39,409 bases of DNA from the UHGV virus genome UHGV-0098635. One strand, written 5' to 3'. This document shows positions 17,187 through 27,772 of the stretch, one piece after another. The stretch's first letter is position 1. Each line of letters starts with the position of its first letter. The notes beneath the pieces are model-generated. The model was not told the origin of the DNA. It did not search any database and worked only from the letters and a program-made list of their open reading frames with translations. The translations under genes and the position numbers were made by a program. This DNA is from a virus.

Positions 17187-18179
17187 ATGACAATGACTGT
17201 TAAAGGCTTAACTGCGCTAACGCTGGCTGACTGGGGTAAGCGCGTCGATCCAAACGGGAAAGTCGATAAGATTATCGAGCTTCTCGGTCAAACTAACCCG
17301 ATCCTTCAGGATATGCCTTTTGTCGAAGGGAACCTTCCTACCGGACACCGAACCACCATTCGTTCTGGTTTACCTTCAGCTACCTGGCGTTTGCTGAACT
17401 ATGGCGTACAGCCAAGCAAATCAACCACAGTGCAGGTAACCGATTACGTTGGCATGCTGGAAACCTATGCTGAAGTCGATAAATCACTGGCTGATCTGAA
17501 CGGCAATACCGCTGAATTCCGCCTGTCTGAAGACCGCGCATTTATTGAAGCGATGAATCAGCAGATGGCGCAGACGCTGTTTTATGGTGATTCCAGCGTT
17601 AACCCTCAGCAGTTTATGGGACTGTCCTCCCGCTATTCCAGCCTGTCTGCGGGTAATGCTCAGAACATCATTGATGCTGGTGGCACGGGTACAGATAACA
17701 CCTCAATCTGGTTAGTGGTGTGGGGCGAAAACACCGTGCATGGCATCTTCCCGAAAGGGCAGAAGGCTGGCATCCAGATGGAAGATAAAGGCCAGGTGAC
17801 ACTGGAAGATGCTAATGGCGGCAAGTACGAAGGCTATCGCACCCATTACAAATGGGACAACGGACTTGCTCTGCGTGACTGGCGTTATGTTGTTCGCATT
17901 GCAAACATCGATGTCAGCAATCTTTCAGAACCTTCCTCTGCCGCAAATATTGCGAAGTTGATGGTTAAAGCACTGCATCGCATTCCAAACCGTGGAATGG
18001 GTCGCCCGGTGTTCTACATGAACCGCACTGTAGGCCAGGCTCTTGATCTGCAATCTCTGGAGAAAACATCTCTGGCGATCAGCGTAAAAGAGACTGAAGG
18101 CGAGTGGTGGACTTCATTCCGTGGTGTACCAATCCGTGAAACTGATGCGCTTCTGGAAACAGAAGCCCGCGTGGTGTAA
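17187..18179 (+). CDS. major capsid protein
   Basis: 330-aa ORF after the scaffold with a strong RBS and followed by a terminator-bearing region; start may be 17193. Confidence 0.75.
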   Translation: MTMTVKGLTALTLADWGKRVDPNGKVDKIIELLGQTNPILQDMPFVEGNLPTGHRTTIRSGLPSATWRLLNYGVQPSKSTTVQVTDYVGMLETYAEVDKSLADLNGNTAEFRLSEDRAFIEAMNQQMAQTLFYGDSSVNPQQFMGLSSRYSSLSAGNAQNIIDAGGTGTDNTSIWLVVWGENTVHGIFPKGQKAGIQMEDKGQVTLEDANGGKYEGYRTHYKWDNGLALRDWRYVVRIANIDVSNLSEPSSAANIAKLMVKALHRIPNRGMGRPVFYMNRTVGQALDLQSLEKTSLAISVKETEGEWWTSFRGVPIRETDALLETEARVV

Positions 18180-18230
18180 CGCCTGTTATTAACCTGTGGG
18201 TCGTAACAGACCCACTAATGGAGAAAGAAG

Positions 18231-18668
18231 ATGATCACCGACAAACTGTTGATGTTCTCCGAAGCTCAGGCGGTTACGAATACCGCGGCTTCTACTGACG
18301 TAATCGATCTCGGTCCAATTGATGGAAACCGTCGCGATATCGGCGTGGGTTATCCGCTTGAGTTTTGGGTGCTGGTTAACGAAGCCGCCACGGCAAGTGG
18401 TGAGGCAACTGTAAACATCCAGTTGCAGACGAGTGAGAATAACAGCTCATGGTCCACTATTTATGATAGTGGCGCACTGGCAAAGGCTACCCTGACAGCA
18501 GGTAAACGAGTTGTTTCTGCAAAGGTGCCTGCCGGTGTTCAGCGATATCTGCGTGTTAACTACTCCGTCGCAACTGGCCCACTAACGGCCGGCAAATTCA
18601 CTGCGGGTATCAGTCTGGATGTTGATGCCAATACGCCGTACCCGATCCGCTCAAAAGTAACTGGTTAA
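18231..18668 (+). CDS. virion structural protein, possible capsid decoration protein
   Basis: 145-aa ORF with beta-rich composition immediately after the capsid gene. Confidence 0.5.
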   Translation: MITDKLLMFSEAQAVTNTAASTDVIDLGPIDGNRRDIGVGYPLEFWVLVNEAATASGEATVNIQLQTSENNSSWSTIYDSGALAKATLTAGKRVVSAKVPAGVQRYLRVNYSVATGPLTAGKFTAGISLDVDANTPYPIRSKVTG

Positions 18669-18669
18669 G

Positions 18670-19014
18670 GTGATATCGATGTCAGGTGAGAAACCAAGAT
18701 ACCGCGTTCTGCGCCTCTCTCATATCCATAACACACTGTGGCCGGAGGGGGAAGAAATCGAATACGAAGGTGAGCCTGGTAGCGCACTGGAACCTGTTAA
18801 CGATGCAGCCAGACAGGCAAAAGCAAAGGTAGCAGGAAAGGTGTCTATGGCAGCAACCAGCACCAAAATCATCAACGATGTGTCAGATGATGGTGAACTG
18901 GATAAGCTCCGTGAAGAGTACGAATTGCTCTTTAACGAGAAGCCACACCATAACGCTAAAGCCGAAACGCTCCGCGAGAAGATCGCAGATAAGCGTAAAG
19001 AACTGGGCGTGTAA
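18670..19014 (+). CDS. hypothetical virion-module protein
   Basis: 114-aa ORF with a 1-nt gap to the upstream gene. Confidence 0.5.
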   Translation: MISMSGEKPRYRVLRLSHIHNTLWPEGEEIEYEGEPGSALEPVNDAARQAKAKVAGKVSMAATSTKIINDVSDDGELDKLREEYELLFNEKPHHNAKAETLREKIADKRKELGV

Positions 19015-19032
19015 GCCTCGCGAATCCGACAA

Positions 19033-19052
19033 GGGGCTTCGGCCCCTTTATT
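19033..19052 (+). terminator. rho-independent terminator within the late operon
   Basis: Stem GGGGC / GCCCC with a TTCG loop, followed by TTTATT. Confidence 0.5.
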
Positions 19053-19064
19053 GCAGGAGTGTAT

Positions 19065-19388
19065 ATGGAACTCGTAAACCTCAAAACCGGCACTGACAGC
19101 TACCAGGATGAGAGCGGAGAAACCAGAACTCGCGATGAATACCCGTGGGGGCTGTGCATCACTCTTAATAACGACACATTGAATAAGCTGAAGGCGCAAC
19201 CTCAGGGCGTCGGAACAGAAGTGATGATAACTGCAAAGGCTGTTATTCGAGGCCTGTCTGCCAGAGAAACTGACGATGGTGTTAATCGCAGCGCCGATCT
19301 GCAGATCACTGATATGGCGATCGCTCCTGTTTCCAGGGATGTAGAAAAATCAGCGGCTGAAACTCTGTACGGTAACGGAGGTGAGTGA
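19065..19388 (+). CDS. hypothetical virion-module protein
   Basis: ATG at 19065 with GGAG 5 nt upstream. Confidence 0.5.
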   Translation: MELVNLKTGTDSYQDESGETRTRDEYPWGLCITLNNDTLNKLKAQPQGVGTEVMITAKAVIRGLSARETDDGVNRSADLQITDMAIAPVSRDVEKSAAETLYGNGGE

Positions 19389-19993
19389 TGGCCTCTGTAG
19401 TAGAGATCTGTAATCGTGCGCTGTCCAATATTGGCAACAGCCGCAGTATTAACAGCCTGACGGAAGCCAGCAAGGAAGCGGGTGAATGTTCGCTGCACTT
19501 TGAGGCCTGCCGTGATGCTGTTCTTTCTGATTTTGACTGGAACTTTGCTACCAAACGCGTGGCGCTTGCAGATACGAGCAATCCACCGCCTGACTGGGAA
19601 TATGCGTACCAGTACCCGTCCGATTGTCTGCGCATTACTGAAATTATGCTTCCTGGTGTACGCAATCCAACAGCAGCAATGCGCGTTCAGTACGAAGTTG
19701 GTGCAGACACCAACGGAACAGGAAAGTTGATCTACACAGACCAGCCGCAGGCATGGCTCAAGTATGTCTCTCGCGTTTCAGATGTGAACATGTTTGATGC
19801 CATTTTTATGGAGGCGTTGGCCTGGCGTCTTGCGGCAGCTATTAACATGGCGCTGACTGGGAATGCAGACCTCGGTACGTTTGCCCTCAATATGTACAAT
19901 CGCGTGATTCTTAGTGCTGGCTCGCATAGCCAGAATGAATCACAGGAACCACAGCCACCGGTTGACGAGTTTACCATTGCGAGGTTGTCCTGA
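19388..19993 (+). CDS. tail adaptor, T7 gp11-like (tail tubular protein A)
   Basis: About 200 aa; the N-terminal pattern ICNRALSNIGNSRSINSLTEA resembles the T7 gp11 N-terminus (recalled); precedes a roughly 800-aa gp12-sized gene. Confidence 0.55.
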   Translation: MASVVEICNRALSNIGNSRSINSLTEASKEAGECSLHFEACRDAVLSDFDWNFATKRVALADTSNPPPDWEYAYQYPSDCLRITEIMLPGVRNPTAAMRVQYEVGADTNGTGKLIYTDQPQAWLKYVSRVSDVNMFDAIFMEALAWRLAAAINMALTGNADLGTFALNMYNRVILSAGSHSQNESQEPQPPVDEFTIARLS

Positions 19994-22446
19994 TGGCTAT
20001 CAGTTGGATCCAGCCCAGCTTTGCCGGTGGTGAGATTGGACCGTCGTTGTACGGTCGTATCGACATGGCGAAGTACCAGGTGGCATTGCGCAAGTGCGAT
20101 AACTTTATCGTGCGGCAGTATGGCGGCGTTGAGAATCGACCTGGTACGCGTTTTGTCGGTGCCGCCAAATACCCAAATCGGAAATGCCGCCTGATCCCGT
20201 TCCAGTTCTCGACGGTTCAGACTTATGCTCTGGAGTTCGGACACCAGTACATGCGCGTTATCAAAGATGGTGCGTTGGTGCTGAACAGCAGCAATGTTAT
20301 TTATGAAATTGCCACGCCATATACTGAAGCCGATCTGTTCCGAATTAAATTCACGCAAAGCGCAGACGTGCTTACGCTGGTTCATCCGGCATACCCGCCG
20401 AAAGAGTTGCGCCGCTATGCGCATGACAACTGGCAACTGGTTGATGTGGTAACGAAGAACGGGCCATTTGAAGATATCAATATTGACGAGTCAGTGACGG
20501 TTTATGCCAGCGCCAGCACCGGGACAATTACGTTAACGGCAAGCGCCTCAATTTTTGGCGCGGAGCAGGTAGGCAAATTGTTCTATCTGGAACAGCCTGC
20601 AGTGGATTCTGTGCCGGTATGGGAAACCAGTAAGAGTACGTCGATTGGCGATATTCGCCGTGCAGACAGTAACTACTATCGCGCCGTTACAGCAGGCAAA
20701 ACAGGCACTTTGCGCCCTTCGCATACAGAAGGCACATCATGGGATGGCTGGGGCGGATCCGGTGATGATGATACCGGCATTGAGTGGGAGTATCTGCACA
20801 GTGGTTTTGGCATTGCCCGTATCTCTGCTGCAAATGGAACTACTGCAACTGCCGAGGTGATTTCCTATATCCCTTCGCAGGTAGTTGGCGAGGATAATGC
20901 CAGCTATAAATGGGCTAAATATGCCTGGAACAGTATTAACGGTTATCCTGGCACTGTTGTTTATTATCAACAACGCCTTTACTTCGCCGCATCGACTGCG
21001 TTCCCTCAGACTATCTGGGCCAGCCGTACCGGGGATTATAAGGATTTTGGCAAAAGCAATCCTACGCAGGATGACGACAGAATTATCTACACCTATGCCG
21101 GGCGTCAGGTTAATGAGATCCGCCACCTGATTGATGTCGGTTCGCTGGTGGCACTGACTTCCGGAGGTGAGTACGTCATCACCGGCGACCAGAACAAAGT
21201 GTTAACCCCATCATCATTTGCATTCAGCTCTCAGGGATCAAATGGCTCGAGCAATGTCCCACCAATTGCCGTGGCGAATATTGCTCTGTTCGTCCAGGAG
21301 AAAGGCAGTGTTGTCCGTGATCTGGCCTACTCATTCGATGTTGACGGCTATCAGGGGAACGACCTGACCATCCTTGCCAATCATCTTTTTCAGAAGCACA
21401 GCATTGTTGACTGGTGCTTCTCTATTGTCCCTTACTCCAGCGCCTTCTGCATTCGTGATGACGGTAAATTACTGGTGATGACCTATCTGCGTGATCAACA
21501 GGTTTTTGCATGGGCACCACAGTCCAGTACCGGAAAATATGAAAGCACATGCAGTATCAGCGAAGGCAATGAAGATGCGGTGTATTTCGTCGTTAACCGA
21601 ACCGTTAACGGGCAAACAGTGAGATACATCGAGCGACTGTCCAGCCGTTTATTTACCAGCGATGAAGATGCTTTCTTTGTTGATTCTGGCCTTAGCTATG
21701 ATGGAAGAAATACGTCTGACAGAACGATGACCATCACTGGTGGTTCTGGTGAATGGGATTACCGCGCGGAATATACAATCAGTGTTTCTGGTGGTGCGTA
21801 CTTCACCAGTAGTGATGTCGGTGCGCAACTACAGTTCCCTTATACCGGCGATGAAGTGTCAAAAGAATTACGTTGCGACATTATTTCTGTAACCAGCAAT
21901 ACCGCAGTAGTGGTTCGTGCTAACAGGAACGTCCCGCCATCCCTCAGGAATGTGGCTACCACAAACTGGCAGATGGCGCGCCGGACATTTGGCGGCTTGT
22001 CTCATCTTGAAGGCCAGACCGTAAACATCCTCTCTGATGCGAACGTGGAACCACAAAAAGTGGTTTCCGGAGGTGCCGTCACGCTGGAATCACCGGGGGC
22101 TGTTGTGCACATCGGCCTGCCAATAACTGCTGAATTCGAAACACTGGATATCAACATTAACGGACAGGAAACGCTGCTGGACAAAAAACAGGTGATCCCG
22201 TCCGTTACTCTGGTTGTGAATGCCAGTCGCGGCATCTGGGCGACTACGCCCGGCGGTAAATGGTACGAATATCCACAGCGTGAATTCGAGTTCTACGATG
22301 ATCCTGTTGATGACGCTACCGGAAAAGTAGAAGTGAAACTGGACAGTAACTGGGGCAAAAACGGACGTGTAAAAATCCGTCAGCTTGACCCGTTGCCGCT
22401 GTCTGTTCTTGCCGTTATTCCTCGCCTTACTGTTGGGGGATTCTGA
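19993..22446 (+). CDS. tail nozzle, T7 gp12-like (tail tubular protein B)
   Basis: 817-aa ORF in the gp12 position; call rests on size and synteny. Confidence 0.6.
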   Translation: MAISWIQPSFAGGEIGPSLYGRIDMAKYQVALRKCDNFIVRQYGGVENRPGTRFVGAAKYPNRKCRLIPFQFSTVQTYALEFGHQYMRVIKDGALVLNSSNVIYEIATPYTEADLFRIKFTQSADVLTLVHPAYPPKELRRYAHDNWQLVDVVTKNGPFEDINIDESVTVYASASTGTITLTASASIFGAEQVGKLFYLEQPAVDSVPVWETSKSTSIGDIRRADSNYYRAVTAGKTGTLRPSHTEGTSWDGWGGSGDDDTGIEWEYLHSGFGIARISAANGTTATAEVISYIPSQVVGEDNASYKWAKYAWNSINGYPGTVVYYQQRLYFAASTAFPQTIWASRTGDYKDFGKSNPTQDDDRIIYTYAGRQVNEIRHLIDVGSLVALTSGGEYVITGDQNKVLTPSSFAFSSQGSNGSSNVPPIAVANIALFVQEKGSVVRDLAYSFDVDGYQGNDLTILANHLFQKHSIVDWCFSIVPYSSAFCIRDDGKLLVMTYLRDQQVFAWAPQSSTGKYESTCSISEGNEDAVYFVVNRTVNGQTVRYIERLSSRLFTSDEDAFFVDSGLSYDGRNTSDRTMTITGGSGEWDYRAEYTISVSGGAYFTSSDVGAQLQFPYTGDEVSKELRCDIISVTSNTAVVVRANRNVPPSLRNVATTNWQMARRTFGGLSHLEGQTVNILSDANVEPQKVVSGGAVTLESPGAVVHIGLPITAEFETLDININGQETLLDKKQVIPSVTLVVNASRGIWATTPGGKWYEYPQREFEFYDDPVDDATGKVEVKLDSNWGKNGRVKIRQLDPLPLSVLAVIPRLTVGGF

Positions 22447-22910
22447 TGATCGACGTTCAAATTATTCCCGCTACCGAAGAGCATCTTCAGATGATTTTGC
22501 CGGATGTTCGTCAGGCTGATATTGACGAACTGTATGCGGTATCGCTGATGACTACCGAAGATGCGCTGCGTGTTGGTCTGCGTACTGCGACTATGGCCTG
22601 GTCAGGATTTGCGAACGGAGAACTGGTAACCATGTTTGGCGTATCTCCGGCGTCAATGATCGGTGGCAATGGTACGCCCTGGCTGGTCGGAACCAGCCGT
22701 ATCGAAAAATATCAGAAGACATTTCTTCGCCACTGCCGCCCTGTATTGCAGCAGATGCTGGCAGTTTATCCGCGCCTGGAAAACTATGTCGACGAGCGAA
22801 ACCATGTTGCCAAAGCATGGCTGCACTGGCTTGGATTCAGGCTTGAAGAAGCCGCGCCTTATGGTGCTCTTGGTCTTAATTTCCACAGATTTCACATGGA
22901 GAGAAAATAA
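22446..22910 (+). CDS. small internal virion protein (gp13-like position)
   Basis: 154-aa ORF coupled to gp12-like and gp14-like genes. Confidence 0.5.
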   Translation: MIDVQIIPATEEHLQMILPDVRQADIDELYAVSLMTTEDALRVGLRTATMAWSGFANGELVTMFGVSPASMIGGNGTPWLVGTSRIEKYQKTFLRHCRPVLQQMLAVYPRLENYVDERNHVAKAWLHWLGFRLEEAAPYGALGLNFHRFHMERK

Positions 22911-23455
22911 TGTGCGATCCGGTTATTGCTGGTGGCGCAATGCTCGCCATGAGTGGCATTCAGGCATACACCCAGTACCAACAGGGAAAGTATGCCTCGA
23001 AGGTTGCAGAAGCGAACGCAGATATAGCCACAGCTCAGGCAAATGATGCAATAAACAGGGGTAACGCTGAAGCTGAGCAACGGCGCAGAGAGACCCGACA
23101 GCGGCTTGGTACACAGGCGGCGACAATGGGGGCTACCGGCGCTGATTTATCTACCGGTAACGCGCTGGATATATTTGGTGACACTGCTCAGTTTGGCGCT
23201 CTTGATTCGCTGACGACGGTGAATAACGCGCAACGCGAGGCTTACGGTTATCAGGTTCAGGCTGCCAACTATAAAGCAGAAGCCAGTTCAGCCCGTAAAC
23301 AGGGGAATGTGGGAGCAGCAACAACATTGCTCACTGCGCCTCTGAAGGCATACGGTGCGTACCAGATGTTTGGTGGGACGTGGAGTCCGTTTACTCAAAG
23401 CACCCCTGCGCCAATCGGGGCAGCAGCAGGAACCAGATTACCCGGAGGATTATAA
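22910..23455 (+). CDS. internal virion protein B, T7 gp14-like
   Basis: The N-terminus MCDPVIAGGAMLAMSGIQAYTQYQQGKY parallels the T7 gp14 N-terminus MCWAAAIPIAISGAQAISGQNAQAKM (recalled); similar size. Confidence 0.65.
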   Translation: MCDPVIAGGAMLAMSGIQAYTQYQQGKYASKVAEANADIATAQANDAINRGNAEAEQRRRETRQRLGTQAATMGATGADLSTGNALDIFGDTAQFGALDSLTTVNNAQREAYGYQVQAANYKAEASSARKQGNVGAATTLLTAPLKAYGAYQMFGGTWSPFTQSTPAPIGAAAGTRLPGGL

Positions 23456-25968
23456 TGCCAGTCGTACCAACAGTATCCGGACGCCAGGTTGAGAGCCGTG
23501 GAGTTCAGTCAGCAGGCTTGCAGACGTTTTCTCAGCCAGGTATTGGTGATGCTTTTGTTCGGGCAGGGACAGAGGCAATTGATGTTTTGGGGCAGGCAAA
23601 ACAGCGTGCCAATATCGCTCTGGCTCAGGAGGCATCTCTTAACCTCAGTCAGATAAGCAGTGATCTGCTGAATAACCCTGAAACAGGTTTGCTTAACCTG
23701 AAAGGGAAAAATGCTATTGGAAAAGGCCATGAGTATACGCAGCAGTTTGATGCTCAGGTCGAACAACTGGCTATGTCGCTGCCGGATGAACAGGCTCGTA
23801 ATGCTTTCATGCAGCAGGCGCAGCAGCAGCGCATTCAGTTCACTACGCAGGCCGGGCGACACGAGATAGGGCAAATTAATGCCTACGAAGAAGGCCAGTT
23901 TCAGGCGACACTGCTGAACAATGGTAAAAATGCCGCAGCATTGTATGGCGACAACGCCGCATACGTATTGGCTAACAAACAAACTTTCCAGCAAATTGAG
24001 GAGTACGGTGTTGCACATGGCTGGAGCAACGAGCAAATCCAGGCCAAGAAAATCGAGTTTAAAGAGAAGGTTGCTGATGCTGCATTGTCCCAGTGGTCGG
24101 CAAACAATGCGACCGCATTCATCCAAAGTAATGGCGAGTTAAGTGATACTGCTGCTGGAGCTCGCCGTGCTGTAGCAGATAGTGACTCTTCCGAGCGTGC
24201 CCGTGGCATACGCAACAATAACCCAGGAAATCTCGAATACAGCAAAACTAATCCGTGGGTAGGCCAGACCGGTGATGATGGTCGATTTGCTAAATTCGAA
24301 ACACCTGAACACGGGATTCGTGCATTAGGGCGGAACCTGATGTCGTATCAGAGGCAGGGTATTGATACCGTCAGCGAGATAATTAATCGCTGGGCACCGC
24401 CTGCTGATAAAAATGACACTATGTCGTATATCAAAGCAGTGTGCGAACAACTTGGCGTTTCTGCTGATGAGCCTCTCGATGCATCTAATCCTGATACCCT
24501 GAAGGCGCTTTGTGCAGCCATTATCCATCATGAGAACGGTAGCCAGCCATACAGTGATCAGCAGTTAACTGCTGGTGTCAGTGCAGCACTTGGTTTATCA
24601 ACAATTCCAACCAACACCAAACGCTATACCGGTAATGCAGCATTCGATGCGGCATCTCCTGAGGCTCAGGCAAGTTTTATGTGGCAGGCGGATCAACTGC
24701 GTCGGCAGCAGCAGGCTGAATATAAAACGATGATTGACAGCCAGGTTCGCGATGCGACGGCTGCGTATATGCGTGGCGTTGAATTTCCTAACCCACCTGG
24801 TGAGGCTGATTTTATTGCAGCTTATGGAGTCAGAGAAGGAAACCTGCGATATACCGAGTTTAAGAATACGCAGATCGCCGGACAGTATATAGGCTCTTTC
24901 CGCAACATGCCGACAAGCAGCATTACAGCATATGTTGAGCAATTACGCCCGGATACTGGTGAGACAGGGGAGGGTTATGCGGCTCGCGCAGCTCTTTATG
25001 ACAACGTTGTTTCGGCTGCAAATCAGGTGATAAAGCAGCGGCAGTCTGATCCTGTGCAGTTCTCTCTTGCCTCCGGACAGGCAAAGCCTATCGACATGAG
25101 CAATAAGGATAACTTTGGACAGAGCGTTGCCTTGCGTGCCGCTCAGGTCAGTGACCTTGCTAAGTCATATGGCACTCCACTGACGTTCTTTTCCAAAGAC
25201 GAGGCCAATCAGATCGGTGTTTTTTTTCGTGATGCTCCAGTTTCCCAACAGGCAGCATATCTCGATACCATCAGGCAGAGCACTGGTGGTGGGCAGGTGT
25301 ATATGTCAGCACTACAGCAGATCAGTGCCAACGCTCCATCTGCTGCCGTTGCCGGGATACTGATGGACAAGCCTGGTGGTATTTTGGCAGAAAAAAACTG
25401 GTTTAATCCGGATGTTTCCGTGTCTCCTGAAACCGCTGCGCAGACAATTCTTACTGGCGCGGCGGCTCGTAAAGGTACTGATGATGCGAAAGGTATTCCG
25501 ATGCCTAAAGATGCTGATCTTCGCCTTGAGTTTTCTGACATGGTGAAGGATGCATTTGCTGGTGATGCTCAGGGGGCATCAATGGCATACGAGATCGCAA
25601 AGGACTATTACGCTGGTGTGATGGCGAAAAAAGGCGTGATATCAGGCGAAATTGACAATGATATCTGGAAACAGGCTGTTAACGTAGCTACAGGTGGCGT
25701 GCATGACTATAACGGAATGGGGAATGTTCTTTTGCCGTGGGGAATGTCTGCAGAGCAATTCGATAAGCAGGTTAATCAGGCTTGGAATGAACAAGTTGTC
25801 GGCACAGGGATAAAAACACCGCCTGGTCAGTATGGTTTGCAAAGTTACGGCGATAGTCAGTACCTGGTAAAACTTGGGGCTGGATATCTGCTGAAGGATG
25901 ATGGTTCTCCTGTTGTTCTTGATCTGACACAGAAGCGTCAGAGATTCTCCGGAGATATTCCGCAATGA
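23456..25968 (+). CDS. internal virion / ejection protein (gp15-like position)
   Basis: About 837 aa from the ATG at 23456 (GGAGG RBS); the track ORF from 23380 overlaps the upstream gene in another frame. Contains an RNNNPGNLEY...NRWAPP segment. Confidence 0.6.
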
Positions 25969-27767
25969 GTTACTTTGGCCTTAATCCAGTAAACCAGAAT
26001 CAGCAGCTTGACGAAGCAGCATCAAATCCAGCTGGCTTTAACAGCGATGTTGGTTTTTTCGACAATGCTGTAGGAGCGGCATTGTCTGGTTTGTACTCCG
26101 GGCTGGTGGCAAAGCCAGATCAGTTGCTCTGGGCAGGGATGGATAAAATCGTATCCCCGATTGCTCAGTTTATTAACGAAAACACCTCGCTCAATGATAC
26201 TTCAGTTTCATACATTGCCGAGCAGAGAAAACTAGCAGAGCAGCAGGTTAAGCGGCTGACGCCTGATGCCGCGACAACCGGAACCGCCGGGCAGGTTCTT
26301 TATGGGTTGTTCGATATGGGCGGGCAGGCTGTTGTCGGTACAACGCTCGGTGGTCCTGTCGGAGGTGCAGCGGCGGTAACTTCGCTACAGGGTTTTTCTG
26401 AGTTTGAACGGCTGACAGCACAGGGTGTTGATTTCAGGACGGCGCAGGAAGCGGGATTAGTGCAGGGCATTACTGCTGGTGCCGGAACACTGATCCCTAT
26501 GAGCCTCGGGTTACGTGCTGGTGGTGCGCTGGCGGAAGGTGTGGCGGCTCAGCTTGCGCGGACGGGTGAGAGTTCAGTGCGACGCGCCGCAGCAACAGCA
26601 GTACGTGCAACGCCAGATATTGCCTATGCCGCAGGTACAAATATTGCGTTCGGTATGGCACAGCGTGGGCTTACTGCAAAAACACTTCGTGATGGTGGCT
26701 ATAGCGAAATGGCTAACCAGTATGATGTGTTGGATCGACAGGCAATTGCTATTGATGCTGTTCTTGGGGTGGCGTTTGGTGGTGTCGGCAGATTTATTAA
26801 CTCTCGCGGCGAGTCTACAAGCGCACCAAATTTTTCACCAGTTGATATTGATGCTGCACTGGCGGCGAATGCCGCTCATCATGCTGAAATTGATATTGCT
26901 CCCGGCGTTCCGATCAACGTGCTTTCGCGTAATTCGCACATTCAGGCTCTGCGAAAAGCCATGTCTGATGTTAGCCAGGGGAGACCTGTAGACGTTGCCA
27001 GCATTGTTGAGTCTGCATCTTTCAGTGAAATTCCTGGGCGCAAGAGTCTGCTGTCTCAGGCAGTTAATGAGGCTCTGTCATCTGTAGATGATGGAGTAAC
27101 GGCGCGCGCTATAGAAAATCGGTTGCTTGAAGAACAGGCCGCGCAGCTTTTGTCGCGTGGCGATAGAAAGGTTTACCAGTCTGAAATCGCTAATAGCCAA
27201 CGAATTATTGAAAATCTCACTGAACAGCGCGCACAAATTCTTGCAGAAGAGCCAACCGGTAGCGGTAAGGCTTTATCTCGTGCTCGATCAGATAAACAGG
27301 CCAGACTTCGCGATATTGACCAACGAATCCGGCAGGCACAAGAACGCCTGGAATTTTCTCGTAACGCGTTGGCGCCGCACGAGCCTGGAGGTCAGTTTTT
27401 TGAAGCTCGAGCAGAACTGGCACGACGACAGCAGGCAGAAAGTGAACTTAATGCTCAGGCTGTTTCATTCTATAAAACAGCAGAGGTCAGGACGCCAGAA
27501 GAAGTAGCTCCTTTTGAGCCCGGTAAGATATTGCAACAGACAGAACAAAAAATGATGGCAGATCCGGCAGGAGATATTGATCTGCGTATAGCTGAAGACT
27601 CGCTGCTTGAATCACCTGACATGATAATCACCGTGCTGGATGATGATGGTAATCCACAATCGCGCAGTGCGCGTGAAGTACTGGATGAAGCGAACAGGGA
27701 AAGTGAGCAGGCAATACAGGATTCCAGCCTGTTTGATGTTGCTGTGGCGTGTTTCTTGAGAGGTTAA
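25965..27767 (+). CDS. internal virion / ejection protein
   Basis: 600-aa ORF coupled by ATGA overlap; Ala/Gly-rich N-terminus and a charged helical C-terminus. Confidence 0.6.
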   Translation: MSYFGLNPVNQNQQLDEAASNPAGFNSDVGFFDNAVGAALSGLYSGLVAKPDQLLWAGMDKIVSPIAQFINENTSLNDTSVSYIAEQRKLAEQQVKRLTPDAATTGTAGQVLYGLFDMGGQAVVGTTLGGPVGGAAAVTSLQGFSEFERLTAQGVDFRTAQEAGLVQGITAGAGTLIPMSLGLRAGGALAEGVAAQLARTGESSVRRAAATAVRATPDIAYAAGTNIAFGMAQRGLTAKTLRDGGYSEMANQYDVLDRQAIAIDAVLGVAFGGVGRFINSRGESTSAPNFSPVDIDAALAANAAHHAEIDIAPGVPINVLSRNSHIQALRKAMSDVSQGRPVDVASIVESASFSEIPGRKSLLSQAVNEALSSVDDGVTARAIENRLLEEQAAQLLSRGDRKVYQSEIANSQRIIENLTEQRAQILAEEPTGSGKALSRARSDKQARLRDIDQRIRQAQERLEFSRNALAPHEPGGQFFEARAELARRQQAESELNAQAVSFYKTAEVRTPEEVAPFEPGKILQQTEQKMMADPAGDIDLRIAEDSLLESPDMIITVLDDDGNPQSRSAREVLDEANRESEQAIQDSSLFDVAVACFLRG

Positions 27768-27772
27768 ATTAA

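Noticed and set aside
19732-20436. 234-aa minus-strand ORF overlapping the gp11-like/gp12-like junction
   Set aside because: Antisense to coupled structural genes; no start context.
23380-23455. N-terminal extension of the 862-aa ORF upstream of 23456
   Set aside because: It overlaps the gp14-like gene in another frame; the ATG at 23456 has a GGAGG RBS and follows the upstream stop directly.
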